Assembly (NCBI RefSeq): GCF_964194155.1
Contig: NC_135879.1
Span: forward strand, 68,262,001-68,326,000
From: Cetorhinus maximus
Lineage: Eukaryota
Length of the DNA stretch: 64,000 nucleotides
Direction of reading: 5' to 3'
A model generated the notes under the pieces. It made no database searches, was not told the origin of the DNA, and worked only from the letters and a program-made list of their open reading frames with translations. Below are positions 38,801-50,000 of the stretch, piece by piece (positions within the stretch are counted from its first letter, which is position 1; each line of letters begins with the position of its first letter). A program made the position numbers and the translations under genes.

Positions 38801-39925
38801 ACACCTTTGGCGGCTGTGAGGCAACTTGAATATCCAATGTAGTATCCAATTTTAAACATATCCAGAACTAAACTCAAGATGGCAAACAAGGTTAACCCAC
38901 CTAGTGATGAAATGTACCAAACTTTAATCTCGATGGAAACACAATTTGGACCAAAGTAGGAATCACATTCTTCCCATGTGGCTTTAATTGGTATTTAATG
39001 TGTGTCTTTATCGTCATACTATTTGTTCCTCGTTCTTTAACTTCATCGCTGACATGTTGTAAATTATTTATAGTTCACCACTTTCACAAACATACCCAAA
39101 AAGAAAAAAAAGTTAAACTTGGAAGTGAAGGGTAAAACTTATCCGAACTGGTCTTGTATACCTTAAAATGAAACTCCAATATTACTGGTATCAGTAATAC
39201 TGATTTTTACAAGTTTTTTTTTTCCTAATTGTTCCGCGCCCTGTCCCTGATCCATAAGTGATAGGCTTATTGGTGCAGAAACTGCTGAAATCAAATTCTT
39301 AGTCGTGAGAACACATCAGTGGCGACATGAAAACCATATACACTAGAATCGGATGTGTCACAGTGCACTCTGGCACGCTGTTCGATATAGTAGAAGTAAC
39401 CATTTGATTCCAATTGCATCAATACAGCCACAGACAACTGCACTGCTATTAATTGCCGAGGTTGTAATTATTAATGAGAATCATAAACTCTAACGCCTAA
39501 ACATTTCCACAGACCACGTCAGAAATCACAATCGAAATATGCTTTAGCAACGTGCACACTGTACCTCTCAGCCACCTTGGTCCGGCGTGGTCATCTTTTT
39601 CGGTGACCAACCCTCTCTTTCCGTGCCTTCTTAAGAAGTACCAGAGCATCCATGCCAGCTGCATCGCCATGAGGGTGCTGAGGTAGGCTAAGATGTGTTC
39701 CTGTGCCACTCCGGCTTTCTGAAATGTCCCTGCCACCGTCAGCACCAAGCCCAGCACAAACACATTGATGCCGTACTGAGCGCTCAGCGTGGCGGTATAT
39801 TTCAGCCGGGGGCTCTCTGCTGATGACCGAGTGTACCTGCCGGAGTTCTGATCTCCCACTGCCGGGCACTGGCTGCCGCGCCGCTTCCTGTGACAAAGAA
39901 CCTCTAATTTGCATCTCTCATCCAT
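18457..39925 (-). CDS. OTOP1: Proton channel otopetrin-1; join of exons 39565-39925, 38764-38900, 38612-38670, 29495-29625, 23632-24596, 18457-18627 (1824 nt, 607 aa)
   Basis: Splice phases are consistent (1,0,2,1,0). Otopetrin motifs: LSAQYGINVF, HAGPRWLRG, HSVFTNLLLW, YPFNIEY, IFYRMH. In-frame TAG just upstream of the ATG. Confidence 0.95.
19190..20275 (-). mobile_element. L2 LINE 3' portion
   Basis: ORFs with L2 motifs CLSDIWYWMSKNSFQLNIRKTEAI and PVLTDLHWL; tail TTGTATTTATATAGCACCTTT. Confidence 0.85.
21792..21830 (-). ncRNA. Minimal type I hammerhead ribozyme-like motif (Penelope-associated)
   Basis: AGTT-CTGTTGA-A-GAGTC-atatg-GACTC-GAAACGTT-AACT; the core deviates from CUGANGA at A6. 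Confidence 0.6.
22895..22933 (+). ncRNA. Minimal type I hammerhead ribozyme-like motif (Penelope-associated)
   Basis: AGCT-CTGTTGA-A-GAGTC-atacg-GACTC-GAAACGTT-AACT. Confidence 0.6.
23632..24596 (-). CDS. OTOP1: OTOP1 coding exon 5
   Basis: Acceptor ttcgttgcag, donor TCG|gtaaga; encodes CNC...YPFNIEY...FLFLCNIS. Confidence 0.95.
23780..23809. repeat. Coding (CTG)10 repeat encoding poly-Ser in OTOP1
   Basis: Direct reading; translates as GG-S10-GGG. Confidence 0.9.
25770..27183 (-). mobile_element. Penelope-like element, internally deleted, with RT fragment
   Basis: ORF 26257-26745 has Penelope RT motifs (SLYTSIPH; GVAMSTHMGPSYACLFM) fused directly to the post-GIY-YIG tail. Hammerhead-like motif at 25832-25870. 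Confidence 0.85.
27810..28430 (-). mobile_element. Decayed L2 fragment splitting a SINE
   Basis: Resembles 19300-19840; SINE halves lie on either side (about 27660-27810 and 28440-28600). Confidence 0.5.
29495..29625 (-). CDS. OTOP1: OTOP1 coding exon 4
   Basis: FGMIHSVFTNLLLWVNGVIAESKHQ; acceptor tttttag, donor G|gtaagg. Confidence 0.93.
30130..31830 (-). mobile_element. CR1 LINE, decayed ORF2 and 3' end
   Basis: PEDWWIPNIIPIL...PGNYRPVNLT, MKFNTIKCKV, ALERGQRRFTWMIPG. Confidence 0.85.
32019..34383. mobile_element. PIF/Harbinger-like non-autonomous DNA transposon with internal cargo
   Basis: Imperfect TIRs GGAAGAATTTTCC and GGAAAATTCCACC; 3-bp flanks CAA and CAG; the host CR1 resumes across it. 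No DDE transposase is visible. Confidence 0.6.
34489..35205 (+). mobile_element. Penelope-like element 3' part
   Basis: GIY-YIG end (FAEHLRSV...VASHFNSPSCSH), hammerhead-like motif at 35067-35106, 8-bp TSD TACAGAGT at 34481-34488 and 35206-35213. Confidence 0.85.
37135..37590 (+). mobile_element. Younger CR1 3' end nested in the older CR1
   Basis: ORF 37140-37484 SYDERLDRLGLFPLEFRRVRGNLIE plus 3' UTR GGAGCAGGCTCGAGGG. Confidence 0.85.
37838..38267 (+). mobile_element. tRNA-head SINE with LINE-derived tail
   Basis: Tail GGTTCAAGAAGG...GCCCACATCCCATGATGAATAAAAAA matches the LINE 3' end at 15305-15412. Confidence 0.7.
38612..38670 (-). CDS. OTOP1: OTOP1 coding exon 3
   Basis: VYFLWFHAKDVIRTFQIIER; acceptor tttcag, donor AG|gtaaaa. 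Confidence 0.92.
38764..38900 (-). CDS. OTOP1: OTOP1 coding exon 2 (GC donor)
   Basis: GLTLFAILSLVLDMFKIGYYIGYSSCLTAAKGVFPAVHAVHTLSQ; donor CAG|gcatgt. Confidence 0.9.
39565..39925 (-). CDS. OTOP1: OTOP1 coding exon 1
   Basis: MDERCK...LSAQYGINVF...HAGPRWLR; donor GAG|gtacag. Confidence 0.9.
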
Positions 39926-40373
39926 CAGCAGCTATCGATTGGATGTGTGGACGCAGCCTGATCTGAAAAGAGCAAGCTTTCAACAACATTCTGGATTATA
40001 AACCCCCACACTCCCGACAGACACAAATAACGTTTATTTTCACTATTAATGACCCCTACAATGAACATAGACATGTGCCCAGACAAGTCGACTAACATGG
40101 ATGGGACAGATATAGGGAGATACAGATAGGCCATCTTATTTTGACACTGGAAATTCTTGGAATTAAGTAACTTCTGTATCGTTAGATTTGATTCTATTTA
40201 ACACTGTCCTTCATTAAATATTGCACACAAACAAACACACTACTTTCCGGCTGCTCGTTTTCAACTTGCAGTGGATATTCATGAATGAAACTTGGATTCT
40301 CACTACACCAGGCAATATTGAAAAGTTGAGCTTATATTGCCAACGCATTGTTATATTTAACCAGAAACTTTAC

Positions 40374-40490
40374 CTAAAATCTCACTCCGTGTAGAATCCG
40401 AAAAGCTTCGAAGAGCAAGGTTCCACTAGTTTCTGTTTGCCTGTGATTTATCGATCCCATCCGTACCTTTTTATACAATGAAGGCGTCAT
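40374..40490 (-). promoter_or_regulatory. Putative OTOP1 TATA promoter and non-coding first exon
   Basis: Minus-strand TATAAAAA at 40468-40475; donor TAG|gtaaag at 40374; matching acceptor ctcttttcag| before 39962. Confidence 0.5.
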
Positions 40491-41499
40491 TATGAGTCTG
40501 CAAAATGTAGAGGGGTCGGACTGACATCTAATCCCTTTCTATCTCACACCCCGGGTCCTGCTGCGTGGAAACTGACCCAATTAACCCAGTCCATCTTTTC
40601 ATTTTGCTTTGTTCCTTTGCAAATTGTCAAACATTCAAAAAGTTGCCTGCTCAGTCTCGCGGTGGCTTATCTATACCAAGTTTTAATCAAGTTGTTATGA
40701 AAGTTACCCTGGTATTTATTATAACGGATCATGTTTACAATAAATTCATTTTAATATGATGTTGCTTTAATACAATCGTCGTATTCACTTTGTGGAAAGG
40801 GCAATTTGTGTGTGGGCATCAGGATGTGTTAAAATTGCTATTAGTTCCTATTCACCCACATATTTTAAACAGGCGAACTTGGCAAGATAAATCAGAGCCT
40901 AAAGCAATCTCTGCCTCGCCGCAGTCTTGCTTTTTATACAAGGTACCAGAAGATGGTGGTAGACAAATGGAGTTCTGCCTTCTCGTCTTGCCCCTTAAGC
41001 TATATAGCTAATCGTCTCCCTCTAATTGACCCTTGTGGACTCTGGCTAATTACCTAAAATTACCAGAAGATGGTGGAATTCATTTGCAGTAATACCAAAA
41101 GACAAGACACGTTGGGTAACACTTTTCCATCTTGCCAAATTGTTATTTACCTATTGATCAGACCTCCAGGGACCAAGCGACGTGAAGGACTGAGGCACAA
41201 AACTCAGAAATGTAGTATACATTGGGCAGAATAGTAACAGCCTTCAGGAGGTGGTACGCTGGAAAAGTGGGCAGACACCCAACCCTGTATAAAAGCTCAA
41301 TCCTTTCTCTTGGTTTTGGGTGATAAAGATATAGAATCAGTTTGGATGGAGATAGAACGGTTCGACAGCTATGTTAGGGGCTTGGGGAAGAGAATGTCCG
41401 AGACAGAAAGGTTACTTATGGGGTTAATAGTTAGGAGATTGTTGCATGAGAAGGAGATTGCTGGAGAGAATGGCAGCAGTGATATTCTTGGAGAGAAAG

Positions 41500-41790
41500 A
41501 CATACGAAAATGCAAACAAGGAGCAGGAGTAGGCCATTCAGCCCCTGAAGCCTGCTCCACCATTTAATAAGGTCATGGTTGATCTGATGGTAACCTCAAA
41601 TCTGCATCCTAACCTACCCCCGATAACCTATCACCTCCGTGCTTACCAAGAATCAATCCACCTCTGCCTTAAAAATATTCAAAGACTCTGCTTCCACCAC
41701 CTTTTCAGGAAGAGAGTTCCAAAGACTGACTACCCTCCGAGTGAAAAAAATTCACCTCATCTCTGTTTTAAATGGGCGACCCCTTATTGA
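41500..41790 (-). mobile_element. CR1 3' fragment
   Basis: GGAGCAGGAGTAGGCCATTCAGCCCC, the reverse complement of the CR1 3' UTR. Confidence 0.75.
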
Positions 41791-42179
41791 CGAAGGATTA
41801 AAATTCAAAGTGGTAACAGCAAACCACAACAACTGTTAGAGCGTTGAGAAGAGATAAAGAGATTATAAGAGACTGGGGGGAGAGAGTCACAAAGGTAGAA
41901 AAAACAGAAATAAAGGAAAAAACAAAGCAGGGCACAAGGAGAATGAGCAAAGAGGACAAGGAATAGAGGCACAGAAGGGGTTACTGGACAATACATTCCG
42001 TCTCTTGCTATTTTTTTATATGTATGTCTTCTTTTGCTCACAGTTTTTTCACATAATTTTAAGTTCTGAGGAAAGAACTAGAAAGAGTAACTGAAGCGAT
42101 TATGATCTTTTGATCAGAGATGGGTTCTCTGTAAAATGGGTGACTCTTTAGCTAAAAACCCTCTCTACAGCCCTAATTA

Positions 42180-43090
42180 TAAAATTTACCAGTGCACTGG
42201 TCCTAGTATGGTTCAGGTGAGAGCCATCCCAATGGTCCAGCTCCCTCTTTCCCCAGTACTGGTGTCAGTGCTCCACAAATCAAAACCTATTTCTCCTACA
42301 CTAATCTTTGTACCACACATTCAACACTCTGATTTTATTTACCTATACCGATTTGCTAATGACTCAAGTAGTAATCCAGAGATTATTACCTTTGTGGTTC
42401 TGCTTTTTTAATTTAGTCCCTAACTGCTCATACTTAGCAAAGCCTCTTTCTTCCTCCTATGTCATTAGCACCCATGCCGACCGTGACACAGCATCTCTCC
42501 AACCACTCCAAGATCCTCTCCAGTCCCGAGGAGATGTCCTTAACCTTGGCACCAGGTAGGCAACACAGCCTTCTAGGAATACACGCTCAGCTGCAGAGAA
42601 CAGTGTCTATATCCCTACCTAGACCATCCTCTACTACTGCTACATTCTTCTTTGCTCTCCCCACTTAAATGGCCTCATGAACCATGTTGTGGTCAGTTTG
42701 CTCATTCTCCCTGCAGTCCCTGCTCTCCTCCACACAATTTGCAAGAAATTCAAACCAATTGGACAAATGAAAGAGCTCCTCCAATGCTACCTTCTGGATC
42801 CCCATACCTGCCTCACTTGCCATCACACCCTCCTCTCCCTCTGTCCAATGGACCAAATCTGAAGTCACTAGTTGAAGGAGTATGACTGCCTTATGGAACA
42901 AAGTGTCTAGGTAACTTTCCCCTCCCTGATGCATCATGATGTCCGAAGCTTGAACTCCAGCTCATCAACTTGGAGCTGAAGTTCCTCCAGCTGCACACAC
43001 AGTGCAGATGTGGTTGCAGTGGATCAAACAGGTATCAGCCAACTCCCACTTGCTACAGCTGCAACATATCACCTGCCCTGCCATCTTTAT
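42180..43090 (-). mobile_element. Decayed CR1 ORF1 region
   Basis: Degenerate similarity to CR1 ORF1 (zinc-finger and esterase-like segments); recognised by eye. Confidence 0.5.
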
Positions 43091-46000
43091 TTTGAGATTA
43101 GTTGGTAATTATCCTAAATTCCCCCAGTGAGAGTTATTTTTGTGCAGATTCCATTGGAGAAGGTTGCAAAAGTACAGCTTGTGGAACAGACTAACAGCAA
43201 CTTTTGGAATTCTGTGTTTAACTGTGCAGCTGCCAGCAGTTTGTCAGTTTTACCCTGTATTAATATAATCACCACAGCCTTGTTTATTACAACAAAATCA
43301 TTCACAATTTAGGCCTGCTGCTTATGCCATACAAGTGACAAAAGACTGTGTATACTAAATGCTTAAGTGTATACAAAATTCTCAGGTGTTTATGCAACTT
43401 TAAAAATCAATGTTTATGTGGATTGCTTTCCATCAATATATACGTTTTAACATTTGTTTTTAATTATTTTCTTCAATTTCCCTACCATTAATTTTTCATA
43501 AGATTTTCCCTACCATAAATACTTGAAAGCCCTCAGCATTACTTCTTACACACAGGATGTCCGAGTAAAACTAAGTCATGAAAAGGTTAGTCTCATGCCT
43601 AGAACGATGAAAGTTAACCTGAAAACTGAAGCAGATGTCTGAGTAACAGAAAATGACATTGCAATCATTCTTCTGAAAATAAACTATTTTAGAACTTGAT
43701 AACCTGAACACCATGTATGATTTCATTCATCAATTAGAAAAATAAATTATGGTACGCAGTTGTCTGAGCAGTAAAGAAAGCTGATAATTTTCTGGTGCTT
43801 CAGTGTGACCAGCCACACAAAAAGTCAGAATATATGTTCTTAGCTCGGAGATTAAATCATCCTGCATAGATATTAACAAACTGTCCATTGTACACTTTAT
43901 GTTACAGAATATCCTGGTGACAAGCTACTGCCAGCACAAGAAGTCTATTTATCAATGGTGTTGCAACATAAAATGCCTGATAAATAGCACTGATTTCATA
44001 ATCAGGGTTTGAAACATAAAGATGCTTATACAGAGAATACTGATAGCACAAGAGTTCTGGATACTATTGTGGGTAAGAACTCTCATTGAACCAAAAACAT
44101 CTATGGATAAATTGGCCCAGCCTTCTCGTGGAGTAACAATTCATACTGGGTTCATGATTTAGCAAAGCACACATACAACAATTTGATCATCAATACATTT
44201 AATTATTCATATTTTGTGAAACAACCATACAAAAAAATCAGATGCACATTAAATTGCTGTAGGTGTAATTACTGCAAGTGTACTGTATTACTAGGTGAGG
44301 CAGGCATTGTGGTTTTCTAGTATTTCAGTTTTTATTCAAACATGAGGAATAAACTGGTAACATATACATTTTAAACAAGAGCCAAAGCACATAATTCATC
44401 TAGTTTGTACACAAATGTTCCAGTGGTTTTAATATATTATAGAAATGCTATATAAATTTAAACAGCATATTACAACTTGATAACAAAAGTACTATCAAAC
44501 ATATGCATGCTGTATGCTTAAGAATCTGCATACTATTTCACAGAGTTAGGCCAGAAGAAACAGCAATCTATTTAACCATTTAAAACACACTCAAATTCTT
44601 AGCACATTGTTTTGTTCAGTTATATACCACCAACACTCCCCATCCCATACACATACAATAAAATTCAAGCATTTAATAGCTTGAAAATTTTGTTTTGTAC
44701 ATCTCTCTGCATCACTTCTGGCAGAGAAAACAAGCAAACTACTTGCTTGCAAGATTCTGCCACTCTATAACAGTCAATGGGTGATGTGCAAGAGCTGTCA
44801 CATTCTGAGTTGGTACTGTATTTCTAAAGGGACAATTTTTTAAACTGCTCTTTAATTTAAAATTAATATAAAGGGAACAGCCATTAGAGCACCTTACCCA
44901 CCAAAACACAGTACTGATCAGGTGTTGCTCCACGGGAAAGGAGGGGTAAAATAGTATAACTGCTGATTCAGAAGGGTACTTGCAAAGGGCTGGAATGAGG
45001 TTACCTTTCTGCAGGTTTTAGATTGCTACCACAGGAGTGGAAAAACTGGAGAACAAATTAGAAGGTACATTTGGGTTCTGTTTCATATCAGTCGAGGGAT
45101 ATGGGGCAATTTTCCTTGGTAGCGTATGCCATCAGGGAGCCTCATTCACTGGCAACAAAGTCACCTAAAATGATTTACAATTGCTCTAATTTCAGACATT
45201 TTTAAAGTTGTCTTTTAAGGTCTTTTTTTAATGTTTGTTCGTGATATGTCAAATAGATTTTATTGAATTCTTTCACAATATTCACAAAATATCACACAAT
45301 TGTAATTTTCTTTATCTTGAATAAAAGCAATCTTGTTTTGCAAGCTTAATTATAGATCATGGATAAATTATGCTTAAGTGCTTACTTTAAAAAAATTACA
45401 TCAGTGAAATTTATTGAACTAAAGCATTCCATTTTAATTGCTTGAATATTTTATGTAAAAATGCAGGCCATTGAAAGATAAGTTCTTTATTTACAGGAAA
45501 CATCAAGCTGAGCTCTGAAATGAGAGAAAAATAAAAAGAATTCCTTAAGAAAATAATTATAACTTACAATACACTTCTATACCTTTAAAATACTGACTTA
45601 CAAGTTCATTGAAACAACTAGACAATGCCAGCAACTATATTATGATTAACTTCATTTTGTCAACTTCTATCTAAAATGAGGCAGCATTAAAGAGTTGATT
45701 GAATGATTACCCTGCAGGCTATTTGCGGGAAAAGCTATTAAAGGTGGTGAATATATAACAACTCCAATCAGAACCATAGCTGGTGAATCTTTAAGTGATG
45801 TGCTGTGGACTGCTAAAATATTTGATTTTCATGATCAATTTTTCACGCTTCCAGTTCCAATGCTTGATTAGAAAGACAGTGAATGAAGGCCATAGAAGAA
45901 AACCAGAAATTTATAAAGAGCACTGAGAAAGAGGCAGGTGGCCGGCTCTTGTGCATCTCTCAGCAGCTAATTCTATAAAAACAATGAGGGCAGCCGGTCT

Positions 46001-46999
46001 GTCTGCCTGCTCTTCACGCAAGGTTACAATAATTGACAAAGAAGATTGACATAATTAAGGGAGAGGTGGAGAGGAAAATTTAGGCAATACACCTTTTTAT
46101 CTTAAATAATTGAAAATTAAGTTTTAAACATCTATATGACTGTGAAATTCAGAACCCCTCTATTTCATTTGACTGCCAAATGAATGGCAGCAGCTATATA
46201 CTTGAAACCAAAAGGTTTAGTTTCAGGTTTTTTAATACAAATTAAATATTTGTGTGCTTTGTATTCCTTTAAGTTACCTACATTAACAAATTTCTAAGAC
46301 TAAAAGAGTAACAAAGTCACCAACATTAGAAGAACATATGGACACTCAATTTACTTTCGATCAGGATCAGAATTTTGACAAACATTTGTATGAGATTTAA
46401 GCAAAATACTAATTTTACTGCTACACATACATTAAAAAAAAAATCAATGGATCAGTAATTAAATTGAGCTTAAGAAAACTTAAGTTTCCACTGCTGTAAG
46501 CTTAGAAATCCTTTGTTTTGCATTTCAAAATCCTATTTTTTAATTGATCCAAAATGACAAGTCTTTTTTTAAAAAACTCATTTGTTTTCTGCTCCTCTCC
46601 TGTCCAGGCACACATCCTTGATAGGGGATACCGGAGTCCTAAGGGTGCTCAGAAGTAGCTGTTCACCTTTTGACTCTGGTCAGTAAGCGTAGTTCAAGCT
46701 GTTCAATTATGGAGGGTCTCACAACAGAGTCCAATCCTCCCTTCACCCAACATCCACATACACTTTCTGGCTGTAATTACTGGATAGCAATTGGGAGAAA
46801 GCCTGGGTGACTTCACTCTACTCCCACCAAGACCAGGGGTGCTGAGAACTGGAGCACCCCAACTGAGATTAATTACCTACTTGTCCATATTGTTTATCAT
46901 CACCAACTGCAGTGGTTCTCATAACACAAGAAAAAAATATATAAAATATATTTAGTTAAAAACAGTTAGACCTAGTATTAGAAGCTTACCTGCAGAACA

Positions 47000-47099
47000 T
47001 CATCCCAGCAATGATACAAACATTACGACACCCATAAATTGTGTGAAAAGGATAAAAGGAGTAAAGAAAGACCACACAGGCCACAGTGCAATGTTAAAG
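47000..47099 (-). CDS. TMEM128: TMEM128 coding exon 4
   Basis: Acceptor tttttacag; [14 protein letters not shown]...LLG*. Confidence 0.92.
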
Positions 47100-50000
47100 C
47101 TGTAAAAAGAAAGTTTAAAATCAGTAGATTGTTTACAGACACATTGGGTGCTTCAACATTTCAAATGTGATAACCAGTCTACTTTCAGTCCTTGAAATAT
47201 CTGAACAGTAAAACAGTACAGTTTGGTACATACTGACAAGGACCATTAATTACAATGTTGCAAAAAAAAAACCCAGTCAAATTAAATGACAGATGCTATA
47301 TCTATATTACAATCCATGTATTTCTGGTCTGGAGATAAGAGTCAACTTTCATATATGTACAATAAACAGTTATCACAAACTTACAACGAGTGAACTACAA
47401 AACCTTTTACACAATGAGAAGCTCGAATGATGTTTGGTCACCTTGTGGCATCTTTAGAATTTTCTGTGACAATATAACCCAATGGTTGATTTATGTAATT
47501 ACTGTATGTATATAAACAGAAAATAGAATGGAACTTTAATTATTGAGCGACAATACCATTCAAGCCTTCCCATTTAGGTTCAAATAGCATGACGAAAAAG
47601 CCACTGCAGCAAGTAATCCCTGAATCACAAGTACATGAATGGGGTTGCAAAGAAATTTGCTGTGATCCATTATAAGGCCCATCACCAAATAATACATAAG
47701 TAAAATAAGTTCAAAAATCATTTTGTACAAATGTTTGAACTGTTTCCACTTCACACTTGACTAAGAGCATATTGTCAATGATTGAAACCTCTAACAAAGT
47801 ATGGTTTTTTTAAGGATGTCGGAACCCATATGCTTGAGCTCCAAAGTAGGAGGACTGGTAAACATTTTGACCATTGCCAATTAACAAAATCAATTAATTA
47901 GAATTAAAACAGCAGAAAAATACCCATTCGTCTTGTTTTATTTAAATAATAATTTGCATAATTTGAATTAGATCCAAATTATTTTGGGCAAACAAATGAT
48001 TGAATAGAATTGCTGCATTCCAGCACTGTCATTTTAGACACTGGAAGAGCAGTTCTCATAGAAGAGCCAAAAAACAAGATAAAAGATACACTTATCTTGC
48101 AATTTTTTTCTGACATTGCATAGGTTGTGGGGGCATGGGTATTTACTGCTAAAAGTACTTTCCCCACCCCACCCCACCTTTATTACTGAAGTAAACAGAA
48201 TAAAATCATTAAAGACAAAAAGATGCATAATATAATGCTGAACATTATCAGCAAATTATTCAGGAAATACATGTTAAAAAGATTCTTAATTATGCAAACT
48301 GTTACTTCTAGTTTAAAAGCTGGGTTCTCACACTACAAAAAAGTCATACAGTTAACATTCTACTTTAGAAACTGTGGGATTATATTTCCTTTCTCATTTT
48401 ACACAGACTACCTCTAAGAATAATAAAAAGGTAGCAATGAACCCTGAGGCAAAGGTAAATATGGACTTCCAAGCAAAAATTGCATTAAATTCTTATTCAG
48501 AAAATAGTTATGACAGCTTCAAAGCTCAATTGCCAATTTAACATGCTAGTTTGAAGATTCCACATGTTCACTGTATATCATTGAATTAGGGCTTTTTGCA
48601 TTGTGATCAGTTTAAAGCTGTTGTGCAGAATTTATTATACTACAAGGGCAAAAAATGAACATGCAGTTATTTTGCACCATAGTGCATCTTCATGACATTC
48701 CACAGCCAATAAATTCCTTTCCAAATGCATTCATGATTGTGTAGGCAGGCAAAGGTGCACAGCATGATCCCATCCTACAAAGAGTAAATGGGATCAATAG
48801 CAAATTAATCTTATATTAGCGGCACTACTGGTGTGGGGGTTGTTGTAATATGCCTTTAAGGTTAGCAGCTTGCCATCACTAGAAGGGAAGTGCATCATGT
48901 GATCCAGTCTCAGTTTCAATTTGGCCCGTGAGCAGAACACAGCACACACAGCTCTGCTGCTGATGTCTTCAAGCTTTCTATCCATGTATAAATGTTCTCA
49001 TGTGCCTAGTTTAAATAAATGAAACCACAACATGTTTACCCAATCCCTTTTGGGTGATTGGTGCCTTAATATCATTATAGAAGCATGACAGGGAATGGGG
49101 AATATTAGGTAGGACAAATGAGAAAACTCACTGTTCTTCATCAAATGCTGACACGTGATCTTTTACTTCTATCTGTATAACCCTCAGTATAATATTGCAT
49201 CTGAATGACATCAACAATGCAGCACTCCCTCAGTAACACAATGAAGTTTTTGCCTAGATCGCATGTTTCAGTTCTGCAGCGGGGCTTCAATGCAACTTGA
49301 AGGTAAGTGCCACTCCTGAGCTAAGCTGACGCTTAAGGACAGAGAATATTGATCAAATAGTGTGCTTAAAGTTATAATATTTGGCTTTAATCAGCAGTAA
49401 TTCATCCAATTATCCCATTAATTAAGATTAAAACACCAAAACTCCATTGCACTATTTTCCAAAATAGACTAGAACAGCATGTTTAAGATTAGCATTAAGT
49501 GCCAGCACATCACAACAACTGAGTTTAGTTACACACAAGTTTATTTTATGCAAACAGAAACCAAAGTTTAAAAATCCGCAGACTAATTTTAGGACATTGA
49601 TTGTAAAAACCTACCATACTGCTGCAGCAATGAAAGAAGCTGTAGCTGAAGGAACCAGGGTAGGATTATATTGTTCATATTCTCCGATCCCTCTGTACCA
49701 TTCCAGGTAGAAGATGCAGTAGAAGGCAATCAGCAGGCTAATTATCAGTAGTGAGGTGCCTAAAAGGAACCATCGACTGATTTAGAGAGAGAAAAAAGGA
49801 TTACTGACAAGAAACAGACATGAGTAGAATATTCGTAGTTTCAGTATTGTTGGAGACATAGATTCTGGAAGAGACATGGCTAGTAACACCAAATGATAAA
49901 TATTTATGTCACAAGTGGGTTATGAAATTCAGAATTTCTATGCAAGAAAACCTCCTGGTCTCTTCTCACCCCACTTGCCTCATGGCCAGAATGAGTTTTC

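Noticed and set aside
40374-40460. 28-aa uORF ending exactly at the OTOP1 leader donor
   Set aside because: Its ATG is only about 15 nt from the start of the TATA box, so it is probably upstream of the TSS.
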